Shown: piece after piece, positions 31,584 through 42,566 of the stretch
Numbering within the stretch: the stretch's first letter is position 1
Layout of the letters: every line of letters begins with the position of its first letter
Origin: Gammaproteobacteria bacterium
Lineage (GTDB): Bacteria > Pseudomonadota > Gammaproteobacteria > Eutrophobiales > Eutrophobiaceae
NCBI GenBank assembly: GCA_046757565.1
Contig: JBHHYN010000004.1
Span: 4,086 to 68,085 of the forward strand
Direction: 5' to 3'
Length of the DNA: 64,000 nucleotides
The notes under the pieces: generated by a model
What the model was told of the DNA's origin: nothing
The model's database searches: none
What the model saw: the letters and a program-made list of their open reading frames with translations, nothing else
Program-made: the position numbers and the translations under genes

Positions 31584-32423
31584 TTATTTCGCTGCAACGA
31601 TGTAGGCAATCCATCCGGCATCGGCTTCTCCTTTAGTCGTAGGGGTAAACACGCCATTACCCTCACCGTCCTTATCCGTGCCTTCCCAGTAAACCGAGGC
31701 CTTGAACCCCGCCTCCTGCAGCAGTTCCGTTAATTCGGGCAGGGTCCACATCCGCCAGTGATAGGTAAAGGCTTTTTTTATGCGGGAGCCATCCTTGAAT
31801 TTAAAATGGATGTATAACGTAGCATCGCCCGTTATCGGGTTATAGTGCGCCTGCTCCCAGATATAGGTGAAGCCGTTGTATTTCGTACTCTCCTGCATCT
31901 CCTGGAAGGCCTCATAGCCGCCGAATGCATCGAGAAACAAAACACCGTCCTTATTCAAACCCCTGTAGATGCGGTCAAAATAGTGCTTCATGTTGGCACG
32001 GTCTTTGAAAATCCAGTAACTGAAATTCATGGCCACTACTGCATCGGTCGGCGGCACATCCGCCTGCATGACATCGGTATTGAAAATATGCAGCCGTTTG
32101 ACCTGATCGGCCGTCAGCTCGGAAAGGTGATGGTCTCTGCCCCAATCGAGCACCCCGGGGTCGATATCGACAGCATAGGCAATAGTGTTATGTCGCCGCC
32201 TGACCCATTCGCAAGAGCTGTTCATGGTGCCGCAAAAGTCCTCCCGCAAGGTACGTGGCGACCTCCCTCTCAGTCTCTTAAAGGTCTTGTCAACAAAATC
32301 GGCCTCGGCTTCAACGCACTGCACCGCCTGTTCATAAAGCATATATTTATCGGCCAGTTCCGCCATCATGGATTTTACCTTGGCGGCTTTAGCTTTATTT
32401 TTGTATTTTCTGTTCTTTGCCAT
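31584..32423 (-). CDS. class I SAM-dependent methyltransferase (substrate unknown)
   Basis: 279 aa; motif I-like LREDFCGTMNSS and a Rossmann-type beta-strand pattern. Confidence 0.65.
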   Translation of the reverse strand: MAKNRKYKNKAKAAKVKSMMAELADKYMLYEQAVQCVEAEADFVDKTFKRLRGRSPRTLREDFCGTMNSSCEWVRRRHNTIAYAVDIDPGVLDWGRDHHLSELTADQVKRLHIFNTDVMQADVPPTDAVVAMNFSYWIFKDRANMKHYFDRIYRGLNKDGVLFLDAFGGYEAFQEMQESTKYNGFTYIWEQAHYNPITGDATLYIHFKFKDGSRIKKAFTYHWRMWTLPELTELLQEAGFKASVYWEGTDKDGEGNGVFTPTTKGEADAGWIAYIVAAK

Positions 32424-32543
32424 GTTGCCGTGCCCGCTGGTATATATCTGCCCTTAAAAGTGAAACGGCGCATTATACCGATATAATATCCAACATGAAT
32501 TCAATGTTTGCACAAATTTTAACCCGGTCGAGATAAGTATGAA

Positions 32544-33362
32544 ATGAACTGGTGGGGAAAAATTATCGGCGGCACATTCGGCTTTATGCTGGGCGGACCA
32601 CTTGGCGCCATGTTAGGCGCAGCGATAGGACATAACTTCGATGTGGGGGTGCAAGTCTCCGGAACCGGTGCTGTTGGCAGGGGAGGGCAACAACGCATAC
32701 AGACAGCATTCTTTACTGCGACGTTCTCCGTCATGGGGAATATCTGCAAGGCGGATGGACAGGTATGCGAAGATGAAATAGCTATCGCCAGGCAGGTCAT
32801 GGCCCAGATGGAGCTGTCACCGGCACAAAAAAAGGCCGCCGTCGCCCTGTTTAACGAAGGGAAACAGAAGGATTTCCCCATTGATGATGTGCTCAGGCAG
32901 TTAAGGCAGGAGATCGGTTATTACCCCAATCTGCAACGGATGTTTATCGAGATCCAGTTGTATGCCGCCTATGCCGATGGGATTATGCATCCCGCCGAGA
33001 GAAGGCTGTTGCTCAAGGTATGCAAAACCTTTGGATTATCCGATCAGGATTTTGAAATCCTGGCGGGGGCGATCAGGGGGGAAACCCGGCACCGGGGTCC
33101 AGGCCGGACTGCTAAAGGCCCACAACTCACCTTAAAAGATGCCTATGCAATTTTAAATATTCCTGCCGGCGCAACGGAGGATGAGGTCAGGAAGGCCTAC
33201 CGCAGACTGATGAGCCAGCACCATCCCGACAAGCTGGTCTCCAGGGGCCTGCCGGAAGAGATGATGAAAATGGCCACACAGCGAACCCAGGAGATCAGGC
33301 AGGCCTATGAGCGTATCCGTGAAGAGCGTGGTTTTACAAACAGACGCCGCAGAAAAAAATAG
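32544..33362 (+). CDS. djlA: co-chaperone DjlA (TerB-like domain plus C-terminal J domain)
   Basis: 272 aa; N-terminal TM segment; C-terminal J domain DAYAILNIPAGATEDEVRKAYRRLMSQHHPDKL. Confidence 0.85.
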   Translation: MNWWGKIIGGTFGFMLGGPLGAMLGAAIGHNFDVGVQVSGTGAVGRGGQQRIQTAFFTATFSVMGNICKADGQVCEDEIAIARQVMAQMELSPAQKKAAVALFNEGKQKDFPIDDVLRQLRQEIGYYPNLQRMFIEIQLYAAYADGIMHPAERRLLLKVCKTFGLSDQDFEILAGAIRGETRHRGPGRTAKGPQLTLKDAYAILNIPAGATEDEVRKAYRRLMSQHHPDKLVSRGLPEEMMKMATQRTQEIRQAYERIREERGFTNRRRRKK

Positions 33363-33518
33363 GGAACCCCTGATAAATCAGATTCCAGTGTTAGCGGGAT
33401 ATAACACACTGCATCCGGTCCGGTGGGCATGTGATCTCCTGCCCGGGCGCTTGCCCGCTGTGCAATTTTCAGGGCGAATCATTGTCTATACACAGAAGAA
33501 ACCCTTATCAAAAGAGCA

Positions 33519-34493
33519 GTGTTATCACCACTTATGTCAACACTTATCAGAGTACTGGTTGTCGTTGTTTTCGCCGGCTCCGCTGTTAGCAGTTATGCCG
33601 GGAGTAAAAAAAATGGTTTTGATTTGAGCGACAGTCTGATCCCGGCTAAAAAAATAAAACATGGCGGACCACCACGGGACGGGATTCCCTCAATCGACCA
33701 ACCAAAATTTATCAGTGCCGGGGAAGCCTCTTTCCTGAAGGATAAAGATCGGATTATCGGCGTTTATCATAACGGTATTGCCAAAGCCTATCCGATCCGG
33801 ATCCTGGACTGGCACGAGATCGTCAACGATCGCTTCACGGATGAGGCCGTGCTCATCAGTTACTGTCCGCTGTGTGGTTCCGGTATGGTATTTACCGTTC
33901 AGGGCGCTGGCGTTCATTTTACTTTCGGCGTCTCCGGCCTGCTGTATAACAACGATGTGTTGTTGTACGACCGGCAGACGGGTTCCCTCTGGTCACAAAT
34001 CCTGGGCAAGGCCATTTCCGGCCCGCTGAAAGGGGTCACCCTTCCCCTGCTGCCCTCCGCCAACACGACCTGGCGGGCATGGCAAACGCGTTATCCCGAA
34101 ACGCTGGTACTGTCGACCGACACCGGTTACCGGCGTAATTACAGACACTCTCCTTACCGGGGCTACAGCAGTTCCGGAGAGTTGTATTTTCCCGTAGAGC
34201 ACAAGAGTAACGAATATCGCAGGAAAGAACTGGTCCTGGGCGTAACCTTGAATAAGCAGCACAAGGCCTACCCTTTCATGGAATTGAAAAAACAGGGGTT
34301 ACCGGCCTTCAAGGACAATGTGGCCGGCAAACGAATGACGGTTGAATGGTCTGCATCCGAAAAATCGGCGCGTCTACTGGATGAAAACGGAACTGAAGTC
34401 CCCAGCGTTGTTGCCTACTGGTTTGCCTGGTATGCCTTCCATCCGGATACGGACGTTTTTCATGCTGAGGAAAGGGAATTTCGGGGACAGTGA
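33519..34493 (+). CDS. DUF3179 family secreted protein
   Basis: 324 aa with a signal peptide; conserved AYPIRILDWHEIVND...YCPLCGSG...FGVSGLLYNNDVLLYDRQTGSLWSQ pattern. Confidence 0.7.
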   Translation: MLSPLMSTLIRVLVVVVFAGSAVSSYAGSKKNGFDLSDSLIPAKKIKHGGPPRDGIPSIDQPKFISAGEASFLKDKDRIIGVYHNGIAKAYPIRILDWHEIVNDRFTDEAVLISYCPLCGSGMVFTVQGAGVHFTFGVSGLLYNNDVLLYDRQTGSLWSQILGKAISGPLKGVTLPLLPSANTTWRAWQTRYPETLVLSTDTGYRRNYRHSPYRGYSSSGELYFPVEHKSNEYRRKELVLGVTLNKQHKAYPFMELKKQGLPAFKDNVAGKRMTVEWSASEKSARLLDENGTEVPSVVAYWFAWYAFHPDTDVFHAEEREFRGQ

Positions 34494-34594
34494 CTTTAAT
34501 TTCTCTTAACGCGAATCGTGGCAAATCAGCAACTTGACCAATACTTCAACAACAGAAGTAATTAAAGTCACTATCCCCGAAACCAATCAAGATT

Positions 34595-35038
34595 TCAATG
34601 CAGAAATCTGTTTTGATCCTCTTCCCAATATTCACCATCCAGCGTAACCGAGTGATGGACGGTATATTGCGTTCCACGCAGAAACATGCGGTTCAGGAAA
34701 GAGGTAGCGATATATCTCCTTATTTTTGGAACAAGGCACAGGAACCCTATGGTATCCGTGAAGAAGCCGGGTGTAAGCAATAGTGCACCACACATCAACA
34801 GGATCAGTCCCTCGAGCAGATCTGTTGCCGGCATCTCGCCATGCTCGAGCCTCCTCTGGACCCGGGCAAGTGTCTGCAATCCTTGCAAGCGAAGCAGCCA
34901 GGCACCAATGATGGCCGTGAGGACGCATAACCCGATGGTAGGCATGACCCCCACCAGACCACCCACCTGAATGAGAAGATAGATCTCAATCAGGGGAACG
35001 GTAAAGAACAGAATTAATAACAATCTGAACAGAGGCAC
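34595..35038 (-). CDS. fxsA: FxsA family inner-membrane protein
   Basis: 147 aa; N-terminal TM helices and the LLLTPGFFTDTIGFLCLVP motif conserved in FxsA. Confidence 0.75.
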   Translation of the reverse strand: MPLFRLLLILFFTVPLIEIYLLIQVGGLVGVMPTIGLCVLTAIIGAWLLRLQGLQTLARVQRRLEHGEMPATDLLEGLILLMCGALLLTPGFFTDTIGFLCLVPKIRRYIATSFLNRMFLRGTQYTVHHSVTLDGEYWEEDQNRFLH

Positions 35039-35130
35039 TGCTTCAATCCACCGATAGAATTAGCTTATTAATAAATGTGTTGGCAAAATACCATTTTTCA
35101 AGGGCACAAGACAGGTATTAAGCGTGTAGT

Positions 35131-35463
35131 ATGACAAACGAGAGACAACACCTTCTGGTACTGAGCAGCTGTCCAGGCCCGGATTCAGCCGAAAAAATCG
35201 CTAATGAGCTCGTTACGAACCGCCTCGCAGCCTGTGTCCAGATCCTGCCGCACATCCAATCCTGCTTCCGTTGGCAAAAGAAGGTAGACCATGCAGAGGA
35301 ACAACTGCTATTGATCAAGACCACCCTGCAACGCTATCCGGACCTGGAGAACAAGATCAAATCCATGCATCCCTATGAACTTCCCGAGATCATCGCAGTC
35401 CCTATCAGTACCGGCTTGCAAGACTATCTCTCCTGGATTGAAGACTGTACTCTATCCGCATGA
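35131..35463 (+). CDS. cutA: divalent-cation tolerance protein CutA
   Basis: 110 aa; typical CutA1 sequence; immediately upstream of dsbD as in E. coli cutA-dsbD. Confidence 0.85.
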   Translation: MTNERQHLLVLSSCPGPDSAEKIANELVTNRLAACVQILPHIQSCFRWQKKVDHAEEQLLLIKTTLQRYPDLENKIKSMHPYELPEIIAVPISTGLQDYLSWIEDCTLSA

Positions 35464-37325
35464 AATGTAATCGTTTCCTCCTTGCTCTGGTCTGCCTGGT
35501 CACCCTGCAATGGGCCGGCGCCGCCTCCCTAAGCGAGCGCTTACATAACCTGTTCGCCGGTACAGATGCGGGTATCACTCAGGATGAAATCCTCGCTCCC
35601 GATGAGGCATTTGTTATGTCAACGACGGTGACGGGGCCCAGGAGACTGCTCGTCACCTGGCAGATCGCTGCAGGTTATTATCTGTATCACGACAAGTTCA
35701 GTTTCAGAATTGCTGAAGGTGACGCAAAGATCGATACCAGGATGGTGCAGATCCCCCATGGCAAGCTTAAGGAAGACCCTACATTCGGCAGTGTTGAGGT
35801 CAATACCGGGGCGGTGCAGGTGGATCTGCCTCTGCTAAGACAGGCCCTGAACAGATCGTCCATTACCCTGGAAGTGGGTTATCAGGGCTGCAAGGAGAAC
35901 TCCATCTGTTATCCGCCGATTAAAAAACAACTGCCCCTCATGCTGGATCTGTTCGCCACCCCTGCAGCAGCGGCAACCGCGTCCCCCGGCATTACCCGGG
36001 GGAATGCAGGAACTCTCTCCTCACAGGATGCCGTCACGCAAAGACTTGAAGAGGCCGGTCTGTTATTGAATATTTTCGCTTTCTTCGGTTTTGGATTATT
36101 GCTCTCGCTGACACCGTGCGTGTTTCCCATGATCCCGATCCTGTCCGGCATTATTGTCGGCCAGGGAGACCGGATCACGGTCTTGCAGGCATTTCTGCTC
36201 TCGCTTGCCTACGTTCTGGCGATGGCTGTCACCTATGCCCTGCTGGGAGTAATCGCCGGATCATTTTATTTCAACCTGCAAACGGCCTCACAAAATGTCT
36301 GGGTCATAACGGCCTTCAGCCTGGTGTTTGTTGCGCTCGCGTTTTCGATGTTTGGCTTCTACGAACTACAGCTGCCTGCCGCTATACAAAGCCGGTTAAC
36401 CGGCCTGAGCGATGATCGACGTAGCGGGACTCTGGCGGGCGCCGCGATTATGGGGGCACTGTCGGCAATTATTGTCGGGCCCTGCGTTGCCCCGCCACTG
36501 GCCGGTGCCCTGCTGTATATCAGCCAGACCGGTAATGCCGTTCTCGGCGGGCTTACCCTGTTTGCCATGGGGCTGGGATTCGGCGTGCCGTTACTCATCA
36601 TCGGCGCTTCAGCAGGCAGCCTGCTGCCCCGGGCCGGACCGTGGATGAACACTATCAAGCGGATCTTCGGCGTCATCATGCTCGGCGTCGCCATCTGGTT
36701 CATGGGGCGGATCCTGACAGGGCCTTTCATCATGTATGCGTGGGCCCTGTTACTCATCATCAGCGGGATCTATATGGGAGCACTGGATCGTATGGAAAAG
36801 GGCGTTACCTGGACGCGTTTATGGAAAGGGATTGGCCTTGCCGTTCTGGTTTATGGAGTGGTACTGGTTATCGGCGCAAGCAGCGGTAGCCGGGATGTTT
36901 TTAAACCGTTGCAGCGATTGACACAAGCCAGGGGGACAGTGGCACAGACAGATAATGAGCTGCATTTCAAGACGATTAAAACAGTGGATGATCTTAACCG
37001 TGAACTTATCGAAGCGGTCCGTATGGGGAAACCGGTCATGCTGGATTTCTATGCCGACTGGTGTGTCGTCTGTAATGAGATGGAAAAAAACACCTTTCCC
37101 GATCCGAAGGTCCACGCAGCCCTGAAAGATGTCATACTATTGCAGGCCGACGTTACCAGAAATGATAAGAATGACCAGGAACTGTTACAGAAATTCGATC
37201 TCTATGGTCCACCGGCCATCCTGTTTTTCGGGACAGACGGCAAAGAACGTAAATCCTACCGCCTGATCGGCTTCGTTGCAGCGGACGAGTTTACTCATCA
37301 TGCCAGGGAGGCGATCGGTTCATGA
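35460..37325 (+). CDS. dsbD: thiol:disulfide interchange protein DsbD
   Basis: 621 aa; N-terminal periplasmic domain, central TM domain with a Cys pair, C-terminal thioredoxin domain with WCVVC. Confidence 0.9.
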   Translation: MKCNRFLLALVCLVTLQWAGAASLSERLHNLFAGTDAGITQDEILAPDEAFVMSTTVTGPRRLLVTWQIAAGYYLYHDKFSFRIAEGDAKIDTRMVQIPHGKLKEDPTFGSVEVNTGAVQVDLPLLRQALNRSSITLEVGYQGCKENSICYPPIKKQLPLMLDLFATPAAAATASPGITRGNAGTLSSQDAVTQRLEEAGLLLNIFAFFGFGLLLSLTPCVFPMIPILSGIIVGQGDRITVLQAFLLSLAYVLAMAVTYALLGVIAGSFYFNLQTASQNVWVITAFSLVFVALAFSMFGFYELQLPAAIQSRLTGLSDDRRSGTLAGAAIMGALSAIIVGPCVAPPLAGALLYISQTGNAVLGGLTLFAMGLGFGVPLLIIGASAGSLLPRAGPWMNTIKRIFGVIMLGVAIWFMGRILTGPFIMYAWALLLIISGIYMGALDRMEKGVTWTRLWKGIGLAVLVYGVVLVIGASSGSRDVFKPLQRLTQARGTVAQTDNELHFKTIKTVDDLNRELIEAVRMGKPVMLDFYADWCVVCNEMEKNTFPDPKVHAALKDVILLQADVTRNDKNDQELLQKFDLYGPPAILFFGTDGKERKSYRLIGFVAADEFTHHAREAIGS

Positions 37326-37897
37326 AAAGACCCATCCTGATCACGGGCATGCTAATAGTAATGGGCGGCGCAGCGGTAGCCGGTTTTTACTATCAACGCC
37401 ATCAGTCCGAAACCCGGGACGGTGCCTATCAGGCAGCCTCGCAGTCCGTCATTGTCAACGAACAGAAACAGCAGATGAAGGGCAGGTACCGGCCGGACTT
37501 CAGTCTGGCCGATGTCAACGGCCGTATGCACCATATCAGTGAATGGGATGGCCGGGTGGTGGCGTTGAATTTCTGGGCCACATGGTGTCCGCCCTGCCTC
37601 AAGGAGATCCCGGAATTTATCAAATTGCAGGCACAATACAGAGATCGGGGACTGCAGTTTATTGGCATCGCGCTACAACGCCCCGAGGATGTCACTGAAT
37701 TTATGCAGACACAGGGAATGAACTATCCGGTATTGGCCGGCGAACGGGCCGTTATTAAAATCACCAAATCCTATGGAAATGATATCGGGGCTTTGCCTTA
37801 CACGGTGATCGTCGACCGTAACGGCCGGATTGCCTTTACTAAATTTGGCCAACTCACGGGTGAGACCGCTGAACGGGTAATCGCTGCCCTATTATAG
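37322..37897 (+). CDS. TlpA/ResA-like periplasmic thiol-disulfide oxidoreductase
   Basis: 191 aa; N-terminal TM anchor and a WATWCPPC thioredoxin motif. Confidence 0.8.
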   Translation: MKRPILITGMLIVMGGAAVAGFYYQRHQSETRDGAYQAASQSVIVNEQKQQMKGRYRPDFSLADVNGRMHHISEWDGRVVALNFWATWCPPCLKEIPEFIKLQAQYRDRGLQFIGIALQRPEDVTEFMQTQGMNYPVLAGERAVIKITKSYGNDIGALPYTVIVDRNGRIAFTKFGQLTGETAERVIAALL

Positions 37898-37962
37898 ACA
37901 CCCTTCTTTTTTAATTAAATTTCGGCTAAAATCTGCAAATTGCGCTGATTTTGGGGAGATTT

Positions 37963-38406
37963 ATGGCAAAAATCCTGGTTCTCAACGGACCTAATCTGAA
38001 TCTGCTGGGAAAACGTGAGCCGGAGGTTTATGGTACTACCACGCTCGCTGAAATTGATGAGTCGCTCATTGCCGAGGCGGGTTTAAAAGGACATACCCTT
38101 GAATGCCTGCAAAGCAATGCGGAACATGAGCTGATAGACCGGATCCATTCCGCCAGGGAAGACGGGACCGAGTTTATCATTGTCAATCCCGGTGCTTTTA
38201 CCCATACCAGTATCGCATTGCGTGATGCTTTCCTTGGCGTTGCCATACCGTTTATCGAGGTACACCTCTCCAATGTTTTTGCACGGGAGTCCTTCCGGCA
38301 ACACTCTTTCCTTTCCGACATCGCCATTGGCGTGATCAGCGGTATGGGTGCGCAGGGATACAGTCTGGCGTTGCAGGCAGCCGAGAAACGACTCAGTAAA
38401 ACGTAA
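37963..38406 (+). CDS. aroQ: 3-dehydroquinate dehydratase type II
   Basis: Start moved to [24 protein letters not shown]; 148 aa. Confidence 0.9.
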   Translation: MAKILVLNGPNLNLLGKREPEVYGTTTLAEIDESLIAEAGLKGHTLECLQSNAEHELIDRIHSAREDGTEFIIVNPGAFTHTSIALRDAFLGVAIPFIEVHLSNVFARESFRQHSFLSDIAIGVISGMGAQGYSLALQAAEKRLSKT

Positions 38407-38416
38407 TTCAACAACT

Positions 38417-38878
38417 ATGGACATTCGCAAAGTAAAAAAACTCATCGAAATGCTGGAAGAGTCCGGCATTGCTGAAATAGAGATCCATGAGGGAGAGGAG
38501 TCTGTGCGTATCAGCCGGCAAAGCTCGCTCGCTCCGGCACAGACAATCGTGCAGGTGCCTGATGCCGGCGTGACTTCCCGGGCACAGGCTGGGGAACCGG
38601 CGCCGGTTGCCGATACCCAGGAGGAGAATGAACCTGAAGGGAATATCGTCACAGCGCCGATGGTGGGTATTTTTTATGAGGCCCCGTCCCCGGATAAACC
38701 TCCGTTCGTTGAACGGGGACAGCCGGTACGCAAGGGCGATGTGCTCTGTATCATTGAAGCCATGAAGATCATGAACCAGATTGAGGCGGACACGAGTGGT
38801 ATCGTTGCCAGGATCATGGTTGAAAACGGAGAACCGGTAGAGTATGGACAGCCTCTGTTTGTGCTTCGTGAGGAATAG
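38417..38878 (+). CDS. accB: acetyl-CoA carboxylase biotin carboxyl carrier protein
   Basis: Start moved to [17 protein letters not shown]; biotinylation motif EAMKIMNQI; 153 aa. Confidence 0.9.
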   Translation: MDIRKVKKLIEMLEESGIAEIEIHEGEESVRISRQSSLAPAQTIVQVPDAGVTSRAQAGEPAPVADTQEENEPEGNIVTAPMVGIFYEAPSPDKPPFVERGQPVRKGDVLCIIEAMKIMNQIEADTSGIVARIMVENGEPVEYGQPLFVLREE

Positions 38879-38990
38879 GTCATGTTTCGCACTGCTTATG
38901 CGTTATGAACCCCGGACCCCCTTCAACGTGCCAGTTCAGTATCACTGCTGCTGACAAGCTGTTATATTACTCGTCCGATTAGCTACTCCC

Positions 38991-40334
38991 ATGCTCGAGA
39001 AGGTTGTTATTGCAAACCGTGGCGAGGTAGCGTTACGCATCCTGCGGGCATGTCACGAACTCAGGATCAAGACCGTAGCCGTCTTTTCCGAGGCAGACCG
39101 GGATCAGAAACATGTCCTTCTTGCCGATGAGTCTGTTTGTATCGGTCCGGCCGCATCCATAGACAGCTACCTCAATATCCCGGCCGTCATCAGCGCTGCG
39201 GAGGTAACCGATGCAGTGGCCATTCATCCGGGTTATGGTTTTCTCGCCGAGAATGCGGATTTTGCCGAACGGGTTGAACAGAGCGGATTTATTTTTATCG
39301 GTCCACGTGTTGATACCCTTCGCCTGATGGGCAACAAAATTACCGCCATCGATACCATGAAAAAATCAGGCGTGCCGTGCCTGCCCAGTTCCGGTGACCT
39401 GCGGGAAGAAGATCTGGATGAAACAACCAGGATTGCCAAGAAGATTGGCTATCCCGTTATTATCAAGGCTGCCGGCGGTGGCGGCGGCCGCGGTATGCGT
39501 GTTGTCTTCAGTGAAGCCACCCTGCGCAATGCCATTACACTTACGCGCAGCGAGGCAGCGGCGGCCTTTGGCGACGATACGATCTACATGGAAAAATTTC
39601 TTGAACACCCGAGGCATATTGAGATACAGGTATTGGCAGACGGACATGGCAATGTTGTTTATCTCGGGGAACGTGACTGCTCCATGCAGCGGCGCCACCA
39701 GAAGGTAATTGAAGAAGCCCCCGCTCCCGGAATAGACGAAAGAACACGCAGCAGAATCGGAGAGAGTTGCCTGGAGGCCTGCCGCTCCATGCATTACCGG
39801 AGTGCCGGAACCATCGAATTTTTATATGAGGAGGGACAATTCTACTTTATCGAGATGAATACCCGCCTGCAGGTTGAACATCCCGTCACAGAGATGGTAA
39901 CCGGGATTGATATTGTGCGTGAGCAACTTCGTATTGCCGCAGGAGAAAAGCTTGGCTATTCACAAAGAGATATCCATATTAACGGTCATGCCATTGAATG
40001 CCGGATTAATGCGGAAGACGCAGAAACCTTTATGCCCTCGCCGGGTGTCATCGAACATTACCACCCACCGGGCGGCCCGGGTATACGTGTTGATACCCAT
40101 GTTTACCAGGGGTATCGGATCCCGCCGCACTACGATTCGATGATTGGAAAATTAATTGCCCATGCCGAGACCCGGGAACTGGCCCTGGCAAGAATGTCGA
40201 TAGCCCTCTCTGAAATAATCATTGAAGGAATTAACACCAACATAGCCCTGCATGAAAAGCTCATCGACGATGCCGCGTTTGTCGCCGGTGGAACAGATAT
40301 ACACTATCTGGAAAACAAACTTGGGCTGAAATGA
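38991..40334 (+). CDS. accC: acetyl-CoA carboxylase biotin carboxylase subunit
   Basis: 447 aa; ATP-grasp with GGGGRGMRV glycine loop. Confidence 0.95.
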   Translation: MLEKVVIANRGEVALRILRACHELRIKTVAVFSEADRDQKHVLLADESVCIGPAASIDSYLNIPAVISAAEVTDAVAIHPGYGFLAENADFAERVEQSGFIFIGPRVDTLRLMGNKITAIDTMKKSGVPCLPSSGDLREEDLDETTRIAKKIGYPVIIKAAGGGGGRGMRVVFSEATLRNAITLTRSEAAAAFGDDTIYMEKFLEHPRHIEIQVLADGHGNVVYLGERDCSMQRRHQKVIEEAPAPGIDERTRSRIGESCLEACRSMHYRSAGTIEFLYEEGQFYFIEMNTRLQVEHPVTEMVTGIDIVREQLRIAAGEKLGYSQRDIHINGHAIECRINAEDAETFMPSPGVIEHYHPPGGPGIRVDTHVYQGYRIPPHYDSMIGKLIAHAETRELALARMSIALSEIIIEGINTNIALHEKLIDDAAFVAGGTDIHYLENKLGLK

Positions 40335-40458
40335 ACGTACCATACAGTAGCGGCCGGTCTGCTAACAGGAGCGATGATGGAGATGAGTCCTGAATTGACT
40401 GCGCATCCTGTCTCCTCAATCACTCCTGTACCCGGCACCGTTTAACTGCTCCGCTCTT

Positions 40459-41343
40459 ATGCCCTGGTTGCGGCTAAGGATCGATACCAATAAAGATAAA
40501 ATCGGGCTGGTGACGGGTCTGTTTGAACAGTTTGGCGCCGCTTCAATTAGCTATCGTCCCGCCAGCGGCGAGACCCTGTTTGCGGGATCGGCCGAAAACA
40601 GCATCTTTTGGCAACGCACCGCTGTCATTGCATTACTGGATCCCGAAATTGATATGGATATTCTGCTCGCGTGTCTACGCAACCGCATCGGGACCGCCAA
40701 TATCCTTGCCCACAAGATCGATGTACTGGAGGAGAGGGAATGGACTGAGGCGCATAAACAAGGTTACGGAACCATGTTGTTCGGCGGGCGTTTGTGCGTC
40801 TGTCCGGGTTGGCTGGATCCCCCGCCAGACTACCCCTGCTCAATTACCCTGGACCCGGGGCTCGCTTTCGGGACGGGGACACATGCAACCACGGCGCTCT
40901 GTCTCGACTGGCTCGCAGGACATGAACTGTATGACAAGACGGTTATCGACTACGGCTGCGGTTCAGGTATTCTGGCCCTGGCGGCTGCGCGACTTGGCGC
41001 CAGGCATGTATATGCCGTCGACACTGATCCCCAGGCCATTACGGCAGCCTCGGCCAATGCAGGACGGAATAATCTGGTTGAGAAAATAACCATCACTGCT
41101 CCACAGCAGTTAACACTGTCCGACGCGGATATTCTCGTCGCCAATATATTGCTGGATCCACTGCTGACACTCGCCCCTGAATTCAGCAGGCGGGTCCAGG
41201 CTGGAGGGGAAATTGCTCTATCGGGCATCCTGGCATCACAGGCACAAGAGTGTTTGTCGGTCTATGGCCGCTGGTTTACCATGCAAGAAACGGAGTTTCA
41301 CGACGAGTGGGCCTTGATAAAAGGCCATCGATCAACCGAGTGA
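40459..41343 (+). CDS. prmA: ribosomal protein L11 methyltransferase
   Basis: 294 aa; DYGCGSGILA SAM-binding motif; accBC-prmA synteny. Confidence 0.9.
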   Translation: MPWLRLRIDTNKDKIGLVTGLFEQFGAASISYRPASGETLFAGSAENSIFWQRTAVIALLDPEIDMDILLACLRNRIGTANILAHKIDVLEEREWTEAHKQGYGTMLFGGRLCVCPGWLDPPPDYPCSITLDPGLAFGTGTHATTALCLDWLAGHELYDKTVIDYGCGSGILALAAARLGARHVYAVDTDPQAITAASANAGRNNLVEKITITAPQQLTLSDADILVANILLDPLLTLAPEFSRRVQAGGEIALSGILASQAQECLSVYGRWFTMQETEFHDEWALIKGHRSTE

Positions 41344-41367
41344 TGCCAAAGATACCGATGTCATAAG

Positions 41368-42414
41368 ATGTTTACCGATTGTCCCGGTTGCAGCAGACAG
41401 TTTCATATCTATGCGATACAGTTAACGGCAGCCAAAGGGCTGGTAAAGTGTGGTTTTTGCGGACAGCAGTTTAATGCTATAGAGCGGTTGCACGACAAGC
41501 CGCTGCCGATTATCGATCAGCAGCATAACGGCAACCACTTGCGGGCGCAGCATGAACCACTGCCACATGAGGCGATGCAACCGCGGTTTCCTGTCCCGGA
41601 TTCAGCGGAAGGGCCTCTGGAAAACGGAACGCTTGATACACCTGGGGCAGAATCGGTCTCCTATGTCGGCGCTTTCCCGGTTGGTATACAACCACAATCA
41701 TACGAACCGCCGCAGCCGCAGTTTCCTCTCCCGGATTCAGCGGAAGAGACACCGGAAAACGGAGCGACTGAACCACCGGGAGCGGATCCTGTTTTCAATG
41801 CCGGCCCTCTTCCGGTTGATGCGGAACCGCAACAACAGAGGCCTGAAGAAGATAATGGGCAACTTGAACAGGTGCAACCACCACAGGAATATGCGTTTAA
41901 CGGGGATGATCGGGTTGATGTCCGGCCGTCAAGACCGGGAATGGTGTTGTCCTTGTTTTGGACTGCCGGCGTCCTGTTGTTAACGGTTGTCGCCATAACC
42001 CAGCTTGCCTGGTTTAACCGGGATCAATTATTGAGCCGGTATCCGGCGATGATGCCCTGGGTAATCAGGCTCTGTGACCGGATGCAATGCCAGGTATTTC
42101 GCCATCGGGACGTAGCCGCCATCAAATTGATTAACCGGGATGTCAGGGACCACCCACGGTATGAACATGCCTTGCTGGTCAATGCGACCATGAGCAGTCA
42201 GTCGGACACCTTTCAACCATACCCCGAAGTGCAACTGCTTTTGTACGATACAAACGGAAAAATGGTCGCTCATCGAAAATTCCATCCACAGGATTACCTG
42301 GATGACAGCGTTCAGATAACCGCAGGAATGGCGCCCAACAGGCTGGTACATTTTGTGTTGGAGGTTACCGGAATGACTGCAAGGGCGGTCAGTTTTGAAT
42401 TCAATTTCCTATAA
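41368..42414 (+). CDS. zinc-ribbon plus DUF3426 domain protein with a Pro-rich internally repeated linker
   Basis: N-terminal CPGCSRQF...CGFCGQQF zinc ribbon; a central TM segment; two copies of a motif of about 22 aa (PRFPVPDSAEGPLENG... / PQFPLPDSAEETPENG...). Same position (prmA-X-dusB) as in Pseudomonas. Confidence 0.7.
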   Translation: MFTDCPGCSRQFHIYAIQLTAAKGLVKCGFCGQQFNAIERLHDKPLPIIDQQHNGNHLRAQHEPLPHEAMQPRFPVPDSAEGPLENGTLDTPGAESVSYVGAFPVGIQPQSYEPPQPQFPLPDSAEETPENGATEPPGADPVFNAGPLPVDAEPQQQRPEEDNGQLEQVQPPQEYAFNGDDRVDVRPSRPGMVLSLFWTAGVLLLTVVAITQLAWFNRDQLLSRYPAMMPWVIRLCDRMQCQVFRHRDVAAIKLINRDVRDHPRYEHALLVNATMSSQSDTFQPYPEVQLLLYDTNGKMVAHRKFHPQDYLDDSVQITAGMAPNRLVHFVLEVTGMTARAVSFEFNFL

Positions 42415-42415
42415 A

Positions 42416-42442
42416 GGAAACTCTGATTAAGTCAGAGTTTCC
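42416..42442 (+). other. perfect 11-bp stem-loop directly after the DUF3426 gene stop (no U-tract)
   Basis: ggaaactctga-ttaag-tcagagtttcc. Confidence 0.4.
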
Positions 42443-42566
42443 AGCAGCATAGGGATGTGCTTATTCAGGGCGTCCTAAAATAAATAGCCAACAAACAGCA
42501 CTTCAGAATCTTTTACTCAGCGACCACATTAATCACTTTCTTCTTCTTGCAATCCCCGCTATTATC

